Part shown: piece after piece, positions 28,683 through 38,067 of the stretch
Layout of the letters: every line of letters starts with the position of its first letter
Position numbering within the stretch: the stretch's first letter is position 1
Source: a bacterium
GTDB lineage: Bacteria > UBA8248
DNA: 64,000 nt
NCBI GenBank assembly: GCA_965200245.1
Contig: CBDATS010000015.1
Coordinates: forward strand, 320,001-384,000
Direction: 5' to 3'
The notes under the pieces: generated by a model
What the model was told of the DNA's origin: nothing
Seen by the model: only the letters and a program-made list of their open reading frames with translations
Database searches by the model: none
Translations under genes and position numbers: made by a program

Positions 28683-29492
28683 TTATTCCAGGACGAGTTC
28701 GGGAATCGGATCGGGTTCTTCTTCGGGGTTGCGCATCGCCTCCCAGAGATAATGGCGCAACGCCTGAAAGCGTTTGCTCCCCCGGAGTTCCTCCAAATCC
28801 CTGCCGCGTCCGAAGCCTGTTTCAAACTTAAATCGTATTCTGCCCGGCCTGGGCGTCATTACCAGAACGCGGTCGCCCAGAAGCAGGGCCTCGTCGATGC
28901 TGTGGGTGATAAAAATCATCGCCTTGGGTTCCGCCTCGTTGATGCGCAGCAACTCCTCTTGCAGGGTTTCGCGGGTGAGAGCATCGAGAGCGCCGAAGGG
29001 CTCGTCCATGAGCAAGACGTCGGGCTGTGCGGCGAGCGCCCTCGCCAGGCCCGCCCTTTGCTGCATTCCACCCGATAACTGCGAGGGATAATTCGCCTCG
29101 AAACCACCCAGTCCCACCAGTTCCGTATAATGGCTCACGAGGCGGTCGATTTCGCTTTTCTCCTTGCCCTGTATCCTCAGCGCATACCCGATGTTCTGAT
29201 CCAGGCGCTTCCAGGGGAAGAGACCGAAATTCTGGAACACCATGGCCATCTCGGGCCTTGGACCTGTTACCGCCTCTCCCTTGAAGGAAACCTCTCCCCG
29301 CTCGCAAAGTATGAGTCCGTTCACGATGCGAAGAAGCGTCGTTTTCCCACACCCGCTGGGACCGAGGATCGTTAGAATCTCCTGCGTCTTCACGTCGATG
29401 TCGATACCGTCAAGCACCTTCAGGGAGCCGAACCACTTCCCGACTCCCTGAAGACGCAGCGTCGGGTCCGTGCCGTTGCCGGATGAGGGCAT
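28683..29492 (-). CDS. ABC transporter ATP-binding protein (NitT/TauT family)
   Basis: GPSGCGKTT, LSGGMQQR, LLMDEPFGALD, ITH. Confidence 0.95.
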   Translation of the reverse strand: MPSSGNGTDPTLRLQGVGKWFGSLKVLDGIDIDVKTQEILTILGPSGCGKTTLLRIVNGLILCERGEVSFKGEAVTGPRPEMAMVFQNFGLFPWKRLDQNIGYALRIQGKEKSEIDRLVSHYTELVGLGGFEANYPSQLSGGMQQRAGLARALAAQPDVLLMDEPFGALDALTRETLQEELLRINEAEPKAMIFITHSIDEALLLGDRVLVMTPRPGRIRFKFETGFGRGRDLEELRGSKRFQALRHYLWEAMRNPEEEPDPIPELVLE

Positions 29493-29685
29493 GAACGCAA
29501 AATTCCTTTACCAAAGTGGGTGCATACGCAACGCTCGGATAGAGAAACGATTCACCGCATGAATGAGTGCCACATGACGGAAATATTATGATAGACGCGA
29601 TGCCCGCTCGCCATCCCGAAACGTCGAATAATTTTACGAGGTTAGCATCCTTTGGATAGGGCGGCAAATATACAGTTTTTCTCCC

Positions 29686-30078
29686 CTACTCCTCACCCAC
29701 AACGGCGATGGCTTGTATCTCGACCATCATCTCGGGTTTTGCAAAACCCGCCACCGTGATCAGTGCACTGCCCGGAAAACCATCCGGAAAATACTGTTTT
29801 CTCAGTTCGACGAACCTGTCTCCGTGCCGAACGTCGAGAGTGAACACCGTCATCGTCACGATGTCCTGCAACTTTCCTCCCACTCGCTCAAGCGTGCGTT
29901 CTATGTGCCGAAACGTGGCGTGCACCTGCGCATCGAAGTCTCCCGCCAGCACGTTACCCTCCTCGTCACGCCACATCCCTACGCCGGCCAGCCATACATG
30001 CTCGCCGCCTTTCGTCTTCACCGCAGGAGAAAAGGAACGCTCCTCCTGCCAGGTCCCCTTGAAATACTCGCGCGCCAT
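29686..30078 (-). CDS. RidA/YjgF superfamily protein
   Basis: FSPAV, L.G, Q...F, VEIQAIA. Confidence 0.88.
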   Translation of the reverse strand: MAREYFKGTWQEERSFSPAVKTKGGEHVWLAGVGMWRDEEGNVLAGDFDAQVHATFRHIERTLERVGGKLQDIVTMTVFTLDVRHGDRFVELRKQYFPDGFPGSALITVAGFAKPEMMVEIQAIAVVGEE

Positions 30079-30099
30079 TTCATTTTCCTCCTCGGGTTA

Positions 30100-31296
30100 C
30101 TAGATTTCCTGTTTTCCCATCAAACGGGTCGACGCCGAAACACCCACCCAACTCATGATTGCGAAAAATATGTAGCTTGCATCCAGATTCATCGCCTCGG
30201 CGAGCCATCCTCCAATCAAGGGGGCGAGAAAATCGAGGCCGTGGCAGGCATAAATGAAACCGACCGATGAAGTCAAAATGTCTTTTTCCGAAAAATCCGC
30301 CGCCGCGGTCAGGATGATCGGGCTCACGAATCCCACGACGCCGGTCAGGGCCGCGAGGATGAAAAAGCCCGTCTGCCATTCCATGAAAGGCAGAACCATA
30401 ACGAAGCCCCCGAGCAACAGAAGAGGCCAGAACAAGGCCGCCCGCGCGCCCCATCGGTCGTAAAGGATACCCATCAGCGGCTTGGCCAACATGCCGAAAC
30501 CGAAATGAAGTGATACGGCCACACCGATCTGCTCCGTACTGAATCCCAGCTTGGAGGTTGCCAGCAGGGGGAGGAAGCCCACCGCTCCTTTCGTGCACAT
30601 ACTCCTGAAGGTGTAGATGATCGCCAGCCATACCGTGTTCCTGTTCTCGACGACACGTCGGATGATGCCGAAGAAGCTCAAATCTCCGGGGGCACCCGCT
30701 TTCCGTTCATGCCTTTCTTCGCGGAATCGGGCGCTCACCAAGGGCAGTAGCAGTGCCGCAGGAGCCGCACAAGCACCGATAGCTGCGCGCCAGCCGGCCA
30801 CCGCCGCTATGGCTCCCTGGGCCAGCGGGAAAACGCTCGTCCCGATATTTCCGCCCAAGCTGTGCCATGAAATGGCGAACGAGCGGTCACTCTCGAAACG
30901 GCGTGCCGTCAGGGCCGTTCCGCACGGGTGATAGACGGAATTTCCCACGCCCGCGAGAAACGACAGGACGCACATTTGCCAAAAATCGTACAACCAGAAA
31001 AGGAGGATGAAAGACATGGCAGAGAGACTCATGCCCATCACCAGAATCTGTTTTCTCCTGCCCGTATTGTCCGCCAGTATTGAAAGCGGGTATTGGAAAA
31101 TCATCGAGCCGAAGCTGAAGACGCTCAGGAGTGCGCCTGCTTCGAGGGGAGATAGGCCAATATCCAGGACGATCAGGGCAAGGACGGGTACGAGCATGTT
31201 CGAGAACCCGTCGCTCAACCCGTGCGTCAAGCCGATAATGCTCAGGTCGAAATAATCGCCGATTCTCCAGGCTGGTTTTTGCGCGCGCGAAGTCAT
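30100..31296 (-). CDS. MFS transporter (Fsr-like)
   Basis: THG..D, LAD..GRR, GNSVYHP, G.LYDRWG. Confidence 0.9.
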   Translation of the reverse strand: MTSRAQKPAWRIGDYFDLSIIGLTHGLSDGFSNMLVPVLALIVLDIGLSPLEAGALLSVFSFGSMIFQYPLSILADNTGRRKQILVMGMSLSAMSFILLFWLYDFWQMCVLSFLAGVGNSVYHPCGTALTARRFESDRSFAISWHSLGGNIGTSVFPLAQGAIAAVAGWRAAIGACAAPAALLLPLVSARFREERHERKAGAPGDLSFFGIIRRVVENRNTVWLAIIYTFRSMCTKGAVGFLPLLATSKLGFSTEQIGVAVSLHFGFGMLAKPLMGILYDRWGARAALFWPLLLLGGFVMVLPFMEWQTGFFILAALTGVVGFVSPIILTAAADFSEKDILTSSVGFIYACHGLDFLAPLIGGWLAEAMNLDASYIFFAIMSWVGVSASTRLMGKQEI

Positions 31297-32288
31297 GATG
31301 CGTGAGGCATGTCGCGCCAAGCGGAAATGAGCCCCCCACCGTCCGCCTCTACCACCGCGCGACAAATCGCATGACCGGCAACCAGGATCGCCGCCGCCCC
31401 GACTACATCGATCGCCACCTCCCGCTCCCCGCAGGAGAGAGCGAAAACCATGTCTCCATCCACCGATGAATAGGCGGGCCGTACCGTACGGATGAGTCCG
31501 TTTGCTGCCAACTGTGCGAGTTTGTGTGTTTCGGGTTTCGTGAGGCGAACATTCGTTGCCACGGCCACGAGCGTCGTGTTCTCGGAAGCGTCGGAAAATC
31601 CCTCGAAAGGTCTTCCGTGAATTCTCAGGTGCTCTTCCGTATCCACAATTCCCTGCCCGGGGAACATCGCCCTGGGTCCCGCAACGGGTTTCCCCGTCCC
31701 CGGTTCATATACGCCGCCAAAGGCGTTCACCGCAGCTACCGCTCCAACTATGCCGCCCCCCGGCAACTTCACACTTGCGGTTCCGAGGCCGCCCTTCATA
31801 GCGCGTTCCTGGCCGAACAATTTCCCCACCGTAGCGCCCGCGCCCGCACCCACGCTACCCTGTGGGCCTTCCTCGTTCGAGGCGGATTCACATGCGGTGC
31901 GCCCCATCGCGGCGTCGGGACGAATGCGCCCGTCACCGAAATGGAGATCGAACAAAACGCCGGCGGCGACCGTGGGTACGTTGAAGCGCCCGGTTGGGAA
32001 CCCCCTGCCCTGTTCCTCCAGAAAGGCCATGACACCGTCTGCGGACACCAACCCGAACGCACTGCCACCTGTGAGAACTATCGCGTCCACGCTTCCGACC
32101 AGATGCTCGGCGCGCAGCGCGTCCATACCTCGCGTGGCAGTCGCCGTACCGCGCAACTCACACGCCCCGACGGTCCCGGGAGGGCATAGCACCACGGAGA
32201 CGCCCGTCCTGGCCGCCTCATCCTGGGCGTGTCCCAGATAAAAACCCGGAACGTCGGTTATGCAACCTTTGAGATCAGCAGGATTCAG
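31293..32288 (-). CDS. P1/S58 (DmpA-like) peptidase, probable CTG start
   Basis: ITDVPGF.LGHA, LTGGSAFGL, GSVGAGAGA, ENTT autoproteolysis site, DGD.VF. Confidence 0.88.
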   Translation of the reverse strand: MNPADLKGCITDVPGFYLGHAQDEAARTGVSVVLCPPGTVGACELRGTATATRGMDALRAEHLVGSVDAIVLTGGSAFGLVSADGVMAFLEEQGRGFPTGRFNVPTVAAGVLFDLHFGDGRIRPDAAMGRTACESASNEEGPQGSVGAGAGATVGKLFGQERAMKGGLGTASVKLPGGGIVGAVAAVNAFGGVYEPGTGKPVAGPRAMFPGQGIVDTEEHLRIHGRPFEGFSDASENTTLVAVATNVRLTKPETHKLAQLAANGLIRTVRPAYSSVDGDMVFALSCGEREVAIDVVGAAAILVAGHAICRAVVEADGGGLISAWRDMPHAS

Positions 32289-32329
32289 AAGAGAGGCTCC
32301 TATTTTGCTGGCACATCACCAGAGCGGCT

Positions 32330-32989
32330 TCAGTCCGCGACGGGCAGTCCACCGGACCTGCGGCCGGGTATATCACCGGTCTCCAGAATGCTGTCGATGA
32401 CGTATCTGTATTGTTCCACAGGCACCGCGCCCACCATGACATCGCGGTCGTTCACGACGACGGAAGGAATGCCTGTTATTCCCAGGTTCGTGGCCTCCAT
32501 ATATTCCTTGACCGCCTTTTGCTTCAAGCCCCCGCTTTCGAGAACATCGCGGTACCTGTCCATGTCCAGCCCGCTTTTCTCGGCCACGTCGCCCACTACT
32601 TCCGGATCAGAGATGTTGCGATTATCCGTGAAAAACGCAGCCAGGAGATTATCATGGAATTTTTCCCACTCCTCTGGACCCTGAAACCTCGCCGCCAGTC
32701 CGGCTTCCGCCGAGGGCATCGAGCAGTTGGGGAACTCTTCCTCACTCTCCCACAAGGTAAAATCGCCCGAATCGGGTTGTGAATTCGCGTTCGTCCAGTG
32801 GTTTCTGCGGTAATCGTTGAACACCGCCGTGGGGTCGGGTTCGGGCCTCAGCATGAAGACCCTGTACTGAATGTCCACCCTATCGCCGTATTCTTCTTTA
32901 ATCTTCTTCAGGCGCACGGCCGAATTGAAACACCAGGGTCACAGGAAATCACTGTACACCGTGAGCCGCACAGGGGCGTTATCCATCAT
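32330..32989 (-). CDS. DsbA/FrnE-family thiol oxidoreductase with in-frame TGA (candidate selenoprotein, UPWC)
   Basis: MMDNAPVRLTVYSDFL-TGA-PWCF in one frame after SD AAAGGAG; C-terminal GITGIP and GAVP. Confidence 0.85.
32907..32924 (-). promoter_or_regulatory. Candidate bacterial SECIS hairpin
   Basis: UUCGGC-CGUGC-GCC(U)GAA; loop starts 20 nt after UGA and has GU at loop positions 2-3. Confidence 0.5.
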
Positions 32990-33040
32990 TTCTCTCCTTT
33001 GTCTTCGTCATAATCTGAAAGCCGGCTATACCCGGCTACC

Positions 33041-33928
33041 CTATATCTTCATGTGTTCCATATGTACCTTCACCTTCTCGCCAATGCCTACGCCCAGGAA
33101 TCGCGCAGCGTTGCCTTCGGGCACGAATATCTCAAGCCGCGTCCAGCTGTTGAACTGCGCCCCGAGGTCACCCGCCTTCACCGCCTGATAGTATTCGCTC
33201 ACCCCGTTGATAACGTGACCGCCGATTTCGATGACTGGCAGGTGCGCCGCATCGTCTTCCCCGAACTCGAAACGCCAGAATGTCGTAGTGTCGATGTTCG
33301 TCACCAGGTTCCCGTAGTGATCGACGTAGATGACTTCTCCTATGATGGTATCGGTATCCTCGAATTCCACAGAGGGTAGATCGAAGCGAACCGGATCGGC
33401 GACAATGGAGCCGAAATCCTCCGGCGAAACCCCGTAGGAAAGATGTCCCGCGACGGGCGCGAAAATGTCCCTTCCGTGGAAGGTCGAACTCACCTCGCTC
33501 AGGAAAAACGCATCCTCTTCGAGTTCTCTCGTCCACATGTAGAGCGGGTCGTCATACACGCAGGAAAACAGGCCGTTGTCCGGTCCCACGAGGTAATAGT
33601 TTTCGGTGGCGACGATGATTCCCTTGCGGTTGCTTCCCACTCCGGGGTCCACGACTGCCACATGAATCGTCCCGCGCGGAAAGTAATGCGCCGAAGAAGC
33701 GAGAATCAAGGATGCGCCCCTGATGTCGTAGGGCTGGATGGAGTGCATGATGTCCACAAGCCGGACCATCGGGTTTATCGCCAACACGACACCCTTCATT
33801 ACTCCCGTATAGTGTTCGTCGCTGCCGAAATCCGTGAGAAGCGTGACGATTGGCTGCCCGCTGCTCTCCTCTTCGAAGCCGGGAGCGCCTTCACGATAAG
33901 GGTTCGGGCGCGTACTCTCTTCCGTCAT
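33041..33928 (-). CDS. SAM hydroxide adenosyltransferase (DUF62/SAM hydrolase)
   Basis: LLTDFG, VVDPGVGS.R, GPDNG, STFHGRDIFAP, DHYGN. Confidence 0.92.
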   Translation of the reverse strand: MTEESTRPNPYREGAPGFEEESSGQPIVTLLTDFGSDEHYTGVMKGVVLAINPMVRLVDIMHSIQPYDIRGASLILASSAHYFPRGTIHVAVVDPGVGSNRKGIIVATENYYLVGPDNGLFSCVYDDPLYMWTRELEEDAFFLSEVSSTFHGRDIFAPVAGHLSYGVSPEDFGSIVADPVRFDLPSVEFEDTDTIIGEVIYVDHYGNLVTNIDTTTFWRFEFGEDDAAHLPVIEIGGHVINGVSEYYQAVKAGDLGAQFNSWTRLEIFVPEGNAARFLGVGIGEKVKVHMEHMKI

Positions 33929-35337
33929 GGTGCAAATTCTCCCAGTAAAGCATCCGGCCTTGCGGCGATGCGAGAAAATCCGTTCTTCTCCGGCAATGAT
34001 GCGAGACGCATTCGCACCGTGCGTCCCATCCATTCGTCGGGACCGAAGGCCAACACGCGGATGTAGTTGTCCGACAAACCGCTAAGAAGACCATCTTCTG
34101 TGCGCCGGCTTTCGAACAATACGTCTGTCTCTCTACCCGTTTGAGAGGAGACGAACGCAGCCCACTTCCTCCGCCCCAATTCCTGAAGCGCACGAGCGCG
34201 GGTTTTCTGTTCGGGTTTTCCGACTTCTCCCGGCATATCAATGGCCGCCGTACCCTCACGAGGCGAATACGGGAATACGTGCAGATACGCCAGAGGCGAT
34301 TCCCGCACCCATTCCATGGTCCGTTCGAACGCGCCTTTGGTCTCGCCGGGAAAGCCGACGATGAAATCTGCTCCAATACACACTCCGTCGATTTTCATGG
34401 CGATTTCAGCGAAACGGCTCGCGCACCGCACAGCAGTGTAATTGCGATTCATGGCCGCGAGCATACCATCGTCTCCGCTTTGGACAGGTATGTGAAAATG
34501 ACGACAGACGTAGCTTCGCCCGTTCGGTTCGTCAATACCGTACGTCTCGCTCGCGGCGATGCGAATGAGTTCACGTGTAAATTCCCCCGGCTCCACTGAG
34601 GAGAGTCTGAGGCGGAAATTTCTCCTTATCCCGAGCAACCGGCTCACCAGACGGCTCAGTGTGCTTCGCGGCTTCGTGTCCCTGCCGTATGCGCCGAGGT
34701 GAACCCCGGTGAGCACCAACTCTTCGTGCCCGCCTGCAAGGAGGGCGTCGGCATGTTTCACGCACGTATCCACATCCAGGGAGCGGCTTTTGCCTCTCGC
34801 GATGGTCGTCGCGCAAAACGAACAGGAAAAATTGCATCCATCCTGCACCTTGAGGTACGCTCGTGTCCGGTTGCCAAACTGAGGCAGGACGACGCTCTCG
34901 ATGTCGAGGTTCTCCTCGATGGGAGAAACCCGTATTTCGGGCTTTTCATCTTTCAGAAGCGGTTTCGTCAATTCATCGGGGAGCCTCAGCTTCTCCCTGT
35001 TCCCGAGCAGGAGGTCCGCTTCGGGTATCAGCATTCTCTCTGCGTTCGCCTGGGCGGAGCATCCCGCAATGACGACCCGGGCGTTCGGTCCACCGATTTT
35101 CCGCGCCCGGCGCGCCAGCCGCCTGCCCTCCCGGTCGGCTTCCGCCGTGACCGTACAGCTATTGACGACGTATACGTCAGCTTCCGCACTGAATGGGACG
35201 AGTTCGAATCCGGCACCTGCGCAAAGGTGCTTCATGGCTTCGCCCTCGGCGTGGTTGAGCTTGCAGCCCAGATTCGACAGGGCGAGGCGCATCGGCTTCT
35301 CCGTTGCACTCCTCCCAGCCTGGTTCGTCTCGCTCAT
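33925..35337 (-). CDS. mtaB: tRNA t6A37 methylthiotransferase
   Basis: LGCKLN, NSCTVT..AD, KVQDGCNFSCSFC, LTGVHLG.YG, LHVFPYSPREGT.A, TRAM-like C-terminus. Confidence 0.92.
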   Translation of the reverse strand: MSETNQAGRSATEKPMRLALSNLGCKLNHAEGEAMKHLCAGAGFELVPFSAEADVYVVNSCTVTAEADREGRRLARRARKIGGPNARVVIAGCSAQANAERMLIPEADLLLGNREKLRLPDELTKPLLKDEKPEIRVSPIEENLDIESVVLPQFGNRTRAYLKVQDGCNFSCSFCATTIARGKSRSLDVDTCVKHADALLAGGHEELVLTGVHLGAYGRDTKPRSTLSRLVSRLLGIRRNFRLRLSSVEPGEFTRELIRIAASETYGIDEPNGRSYVCRHFHIPVQSGDDGMLAAMNRNYTAVRCASRFAEIAMKIDGVCIGADFIVGFPGETKGAFERTMEWVRESPLAYLHVFPYSPREGTAAIDMPGEVGKPEQKTRARALQELGRRKWAAFVSSQTGRETDVLFESRRTEDGLLSGLSDNYIRVLAFGPDEWMGRTVRMRLASLPEKNGFSRIAARPDALLGEFAP

Positions 35338-35422
35338 GGGAGCTACCTTCAAATGTTGAAAAAAGCTACTTTTACAGCGAATCTTACGCTTTGCGCAAAT
35401 TAACCCGCAAGGGCTGTTTCGC

Positions 35423-35452
35423 TTGACGGGAAAGCGAGGCAGTTGGTAGGGT
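35423..35452 (+). promoter_or_regulatory. Putative promoter for the cox-like operon, -35 lying inside an inverted repeat
   Basis: TTGACG-18nt-TAGGGT. Confidence 0.35.
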
Positions 35453-35632
35453 AGGCCCGCCCGTACGATAGTGAGAGTTGCTCGTTTTCCGGCTGATCGG
35501 GGACAACAGATAGCCAGGTTGCTCAAAGCGTTTTTTCGTCCCTCTTTGTCGGGTATGATTCAGTTTCGTTCTCGGTTTCACCGCAGGTATGGATTGATTC
35601 TATTTCAGATGACTTGAGGAGAGTTTCCGTCT

Positions 35633-36499
35633 ATGCGTGGTTTTGACTTCGTGGCACCGACGACCATATCGGCCACTCTAAAAGCGGCAAAAGGCAGAAG
35701 TACAAAGTTCATCGCCGGAGGTACGAATTTTCTTCCCGATCTCAGGCACCAGCACGACGGGCCAGCCAAAGTGGTCATCGACCTGATGAGGGTTCCCGCC
35801 CTGCAAGGGATATCCTCCTCGAAAGGCCAAATCAAGCTCGGCGCGCTGACGACAATGACGGACTTGCTGACTGACAAGACCATTTTGAAAGAAGCGCCCA
35901 TCCTGGCGGCGATGTCGGAAAAGTTTGCAGGGCCTGTCATTCGCAACCGTGCCACTGTGGCCGGAAATATCATCGATGGCGGCCCCGCAGCAGACGCCGT
36001 TCCTCCCCTGCTCGCGCTCAAGGCGAAAGTAAGACTCGCCAGTGAAAGAGGAAGACGGACGGTCGACCTCGACAAGTTCCTCACCGGATACCGCCAGACA
36101 GCCATCAGGCCCGATGAGTTGATCACCGCCGTGACCTTCCCCTCCCCGGGCAGGAGCCATAAATGGGGCTATTACAAACTTGCCCGCCGCAACGCGATGG
36201 CCATCACGGTAGTGGGTGTTGCGGTTGTACTGAAAGTCAGACGCAAGAAGGTAGAGGAAGCGGGAATCTCTCTGGGCTCCGTTACGGCGGCTCCGATACG
36301 CTGTTATGAGGCCGAGAAAATTCTCGAAGGTAACGTAGTGGACCTTGAGCTGGCCCAGGCGGCCGCGGAAGCCTGCGCCGCCGTGGCAACGCCGATTGAC
36401 GACATTCGCGCATCAGCGGAATACCGCAAACTAATGTGTGAGGTATTGCCGCGCCGTCTCATTTGCCAGGCACTGGATATTTCGCAGGACAACGAATAG
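35633..36499 (+). CDS. Xanthine/CO dehydrogenase family FAD-binding medium subunit (CoxM-like)
   Basis: IAGGT, IRNRATVAGN, AD..P, DDIRASAEYR. Confidence 0.93.
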   Translation: MRGFDFVAPTTISATLKAAKGRSTKFIAGGTNFLPDLRHQHDGPAKVVIDLMRVPALQGISSSKGQIKLGALTTMTDLLTDKTILKEAPILAAMSEKFAGPVIRNRATVAGNIIDGGPAADAVPPLLALKAKVRLASERGRRTVDLDKFLTGYRQTAIRPDELITAVTFPSPGRSHKWGYYKLARRNAMAITVVGVAVVLKVRRKKVEEAGISLGSVTAAPIRCYEAEKILEGNVVDLELAQAAAEACAAVATPIDDIRASAEYRKLMCEVLPRRLICQALDISQDNE

Positions 36500-36538
36500 A
36501 CGACTTCATCGTCTCTTGAGCATTTCATTGGAGAACAC

Positions 36539-37108
36539 TTGAAGATGGCTACAGCGAGCAAATCCAAACGAACCAGAAAATCGAACACACCCGTATACGT
36601 GCCACCCAAGAAGGTACCCATTTCCTTTTCGGTGAACGGGCAGGAAGTCAACGCAGAAGCTCCCGCACACACCAGTCTGCTGTATCTGCTGCGCGATTTC
36701 GGCTTTACCGAGGTAAAAAACGGCTGCGAGGCGGGCGATTGCGGTGCCTGCACGATTCTTCTCGATGGTCTGGCGATGAACGCCTGCTGCGCGCTCGGTG
36801 TTCAGGCGGAGGGACGTGAAATTACCACCGTCAAGGGCATCGGGACGGTGAACAACCTCCATCCAATACAACAAAAATTCATTGAGCACGGTGCCATCCA
36901 GTGTGGTTTCTGCACACCCGGCATGATCGTCGCCTCGAAGGAATTGCTCGACAACAACCCGAATCCCAGCCGGAATGAAATCAAGGCGGGCATCGCAGGC
37001 AATCTTTGTCGATGCACGGGTTACGTGAAGATAATCGACGCTATCGAGGCGGCGGCCAAGGAACTTTCCTCGAAGAATAAAGGCTCGAAGAAAGGAAAAG
37101 GTAAATAA
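36539..37108 (+). CDS. Xanthine/CO dehydrogenase family 2x[2Fe-2S] small subunit (CoxS-like)
   Basis: GCEAGDCGACT...NAC, QCGFCTPG, NLCRCTGY. Confidence 0.95.
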   Translation: MKMATASKSKRTRKSNTPVYVPPKKVPISFSVNGQEVNAEAPAHTSLLYLLRDFGFTEVKNGCEAGDCGACTILLDGLAMNACCALGVQAEGREITTVKGIGTVNNLHPIQQKFIEHGAIQCGFCTPGMIVASKELLDNNPNPSRNEIKAGIAGNLCRCTGYVKIIDAIEAAAKELSSKNKGSKKGKGK

Positions 37109-37110
37109 CC

Positions 37111-38055
37111 GTGACTGCCTCAACGAATTCCACCAAGAAGGAAAAAGGTTCCAAACAAGGCTTCAGGAACGTAGAAGACGTTCAGGAATCGTTCCGACAG
37201 CTTGACTATATTTCAGATCGAACGCTGGCCACCACCCTCTTTTTGGCTACGAAACTCGAAAAACCCCTTTTCCTCGAAGGGGAAGCAGGCGTCGGCAAGA
37301 CGGAACTCGCCAAGGTGCTCGCCAGCGCAATGGATACCGAACTCATCCGCTTGCAGTGCTACGAGGGCCTGGATGCAAACTCGGCTCTGTACGAGTGGAA
37401 CTACGCGAAACAACTCCTCCACATCAAGATGGAGGAAGGCAGGGATTCGGACGCGAAGGAAATCGAGAGGGACATCTTCAGCGAGGAATATCTCATAGAA
37501 CGGCCCCTTCTCCGTGCGCTCTTACGCTCGAAGGACAGGCCAGTGGTCCTGCTCATTGACGAAATCGATCGTTCCGACGAGGAATTCGAGGCGTTTCTGC
37601 TCGAAATCCTGTCCGACTACCAAATCACGATCCCGGAAATGGGAACCGTCCGGGCAGTCAGCAAGCCACTTGTGGTACTCACCAGCAACCGGACGCGCGA
37701 AATTCACGACGCCCTCAAACGCCGCTGCCTGTACCTGTGGGTCGATTATCCCTCCTTCGAGAAAGAGGTGGAGATTATCACGACCAAGGTTCCCGGCATC
37801 AGCGACCGGCTGGCGGAGCAGATTTCCCGCTTCATGACCCAAGCGAGACAGATGGATTTCTACAAGCGTCCGGGCGTGGCCGAATCACTCGACTGGGCAC
37901 AGGCCCTTCTTGCGTTGCATCGCAACGAACTCGATGCCGATGCCGTGCGGGAAACCATCGGCTGCATCCTGAAATACCAGGATGACATCAAACGTGTAGA
38001 GAGTGACGGCCTCGACAGCATGGTGGCGACGGCACAGCTCTCACCCGACGCCTGA
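37111..38055 (+). CDS. coxD: MoxR AAA+ ATPase, CoxD type
   Basis: EGEAGVGKT, RLQCYEGLD, LYEWNY.KQ, LIDEIDR, LHDALKRRC-like motif. Confidence 0.9.
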   Translation: MTASTNSTKKEKGSKQGFRNVEDVQESFRQLDYISDRTLATTLFLATKLEKPLFLEGEAGVGKTELAKVLASAMDTELIRLQCYEGLDANSALYEWNYAKQLLHIKMEEGRDSDAKEIERDIFSEEYLIERPLLRALLRSKDRPVVLLIDEIDRSDEEFEAFLLEILSDYQITIPEMGTVRAVSKPLVVLTSNRTREIHDALKRRCLYLWVDYPSFEKEVEIITTKVPGISDRLAEQISRFMTQARQMDFYKRPGVAESLDWAQALLALHRNELDADAVRETIGCILKYQDDIKRVESDGLDSMVATAQLSPDA

Positions 38056-38067
38056 TCCGGGAATTTC

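Noticed and set aside
33041-33928. Possible SAM-dependent fluorinase/chlorinase
   Set aside because: TFHGRD with the Asp-Arg-His triad marks the hydroxide (DUF62) type, not FlA or SalL
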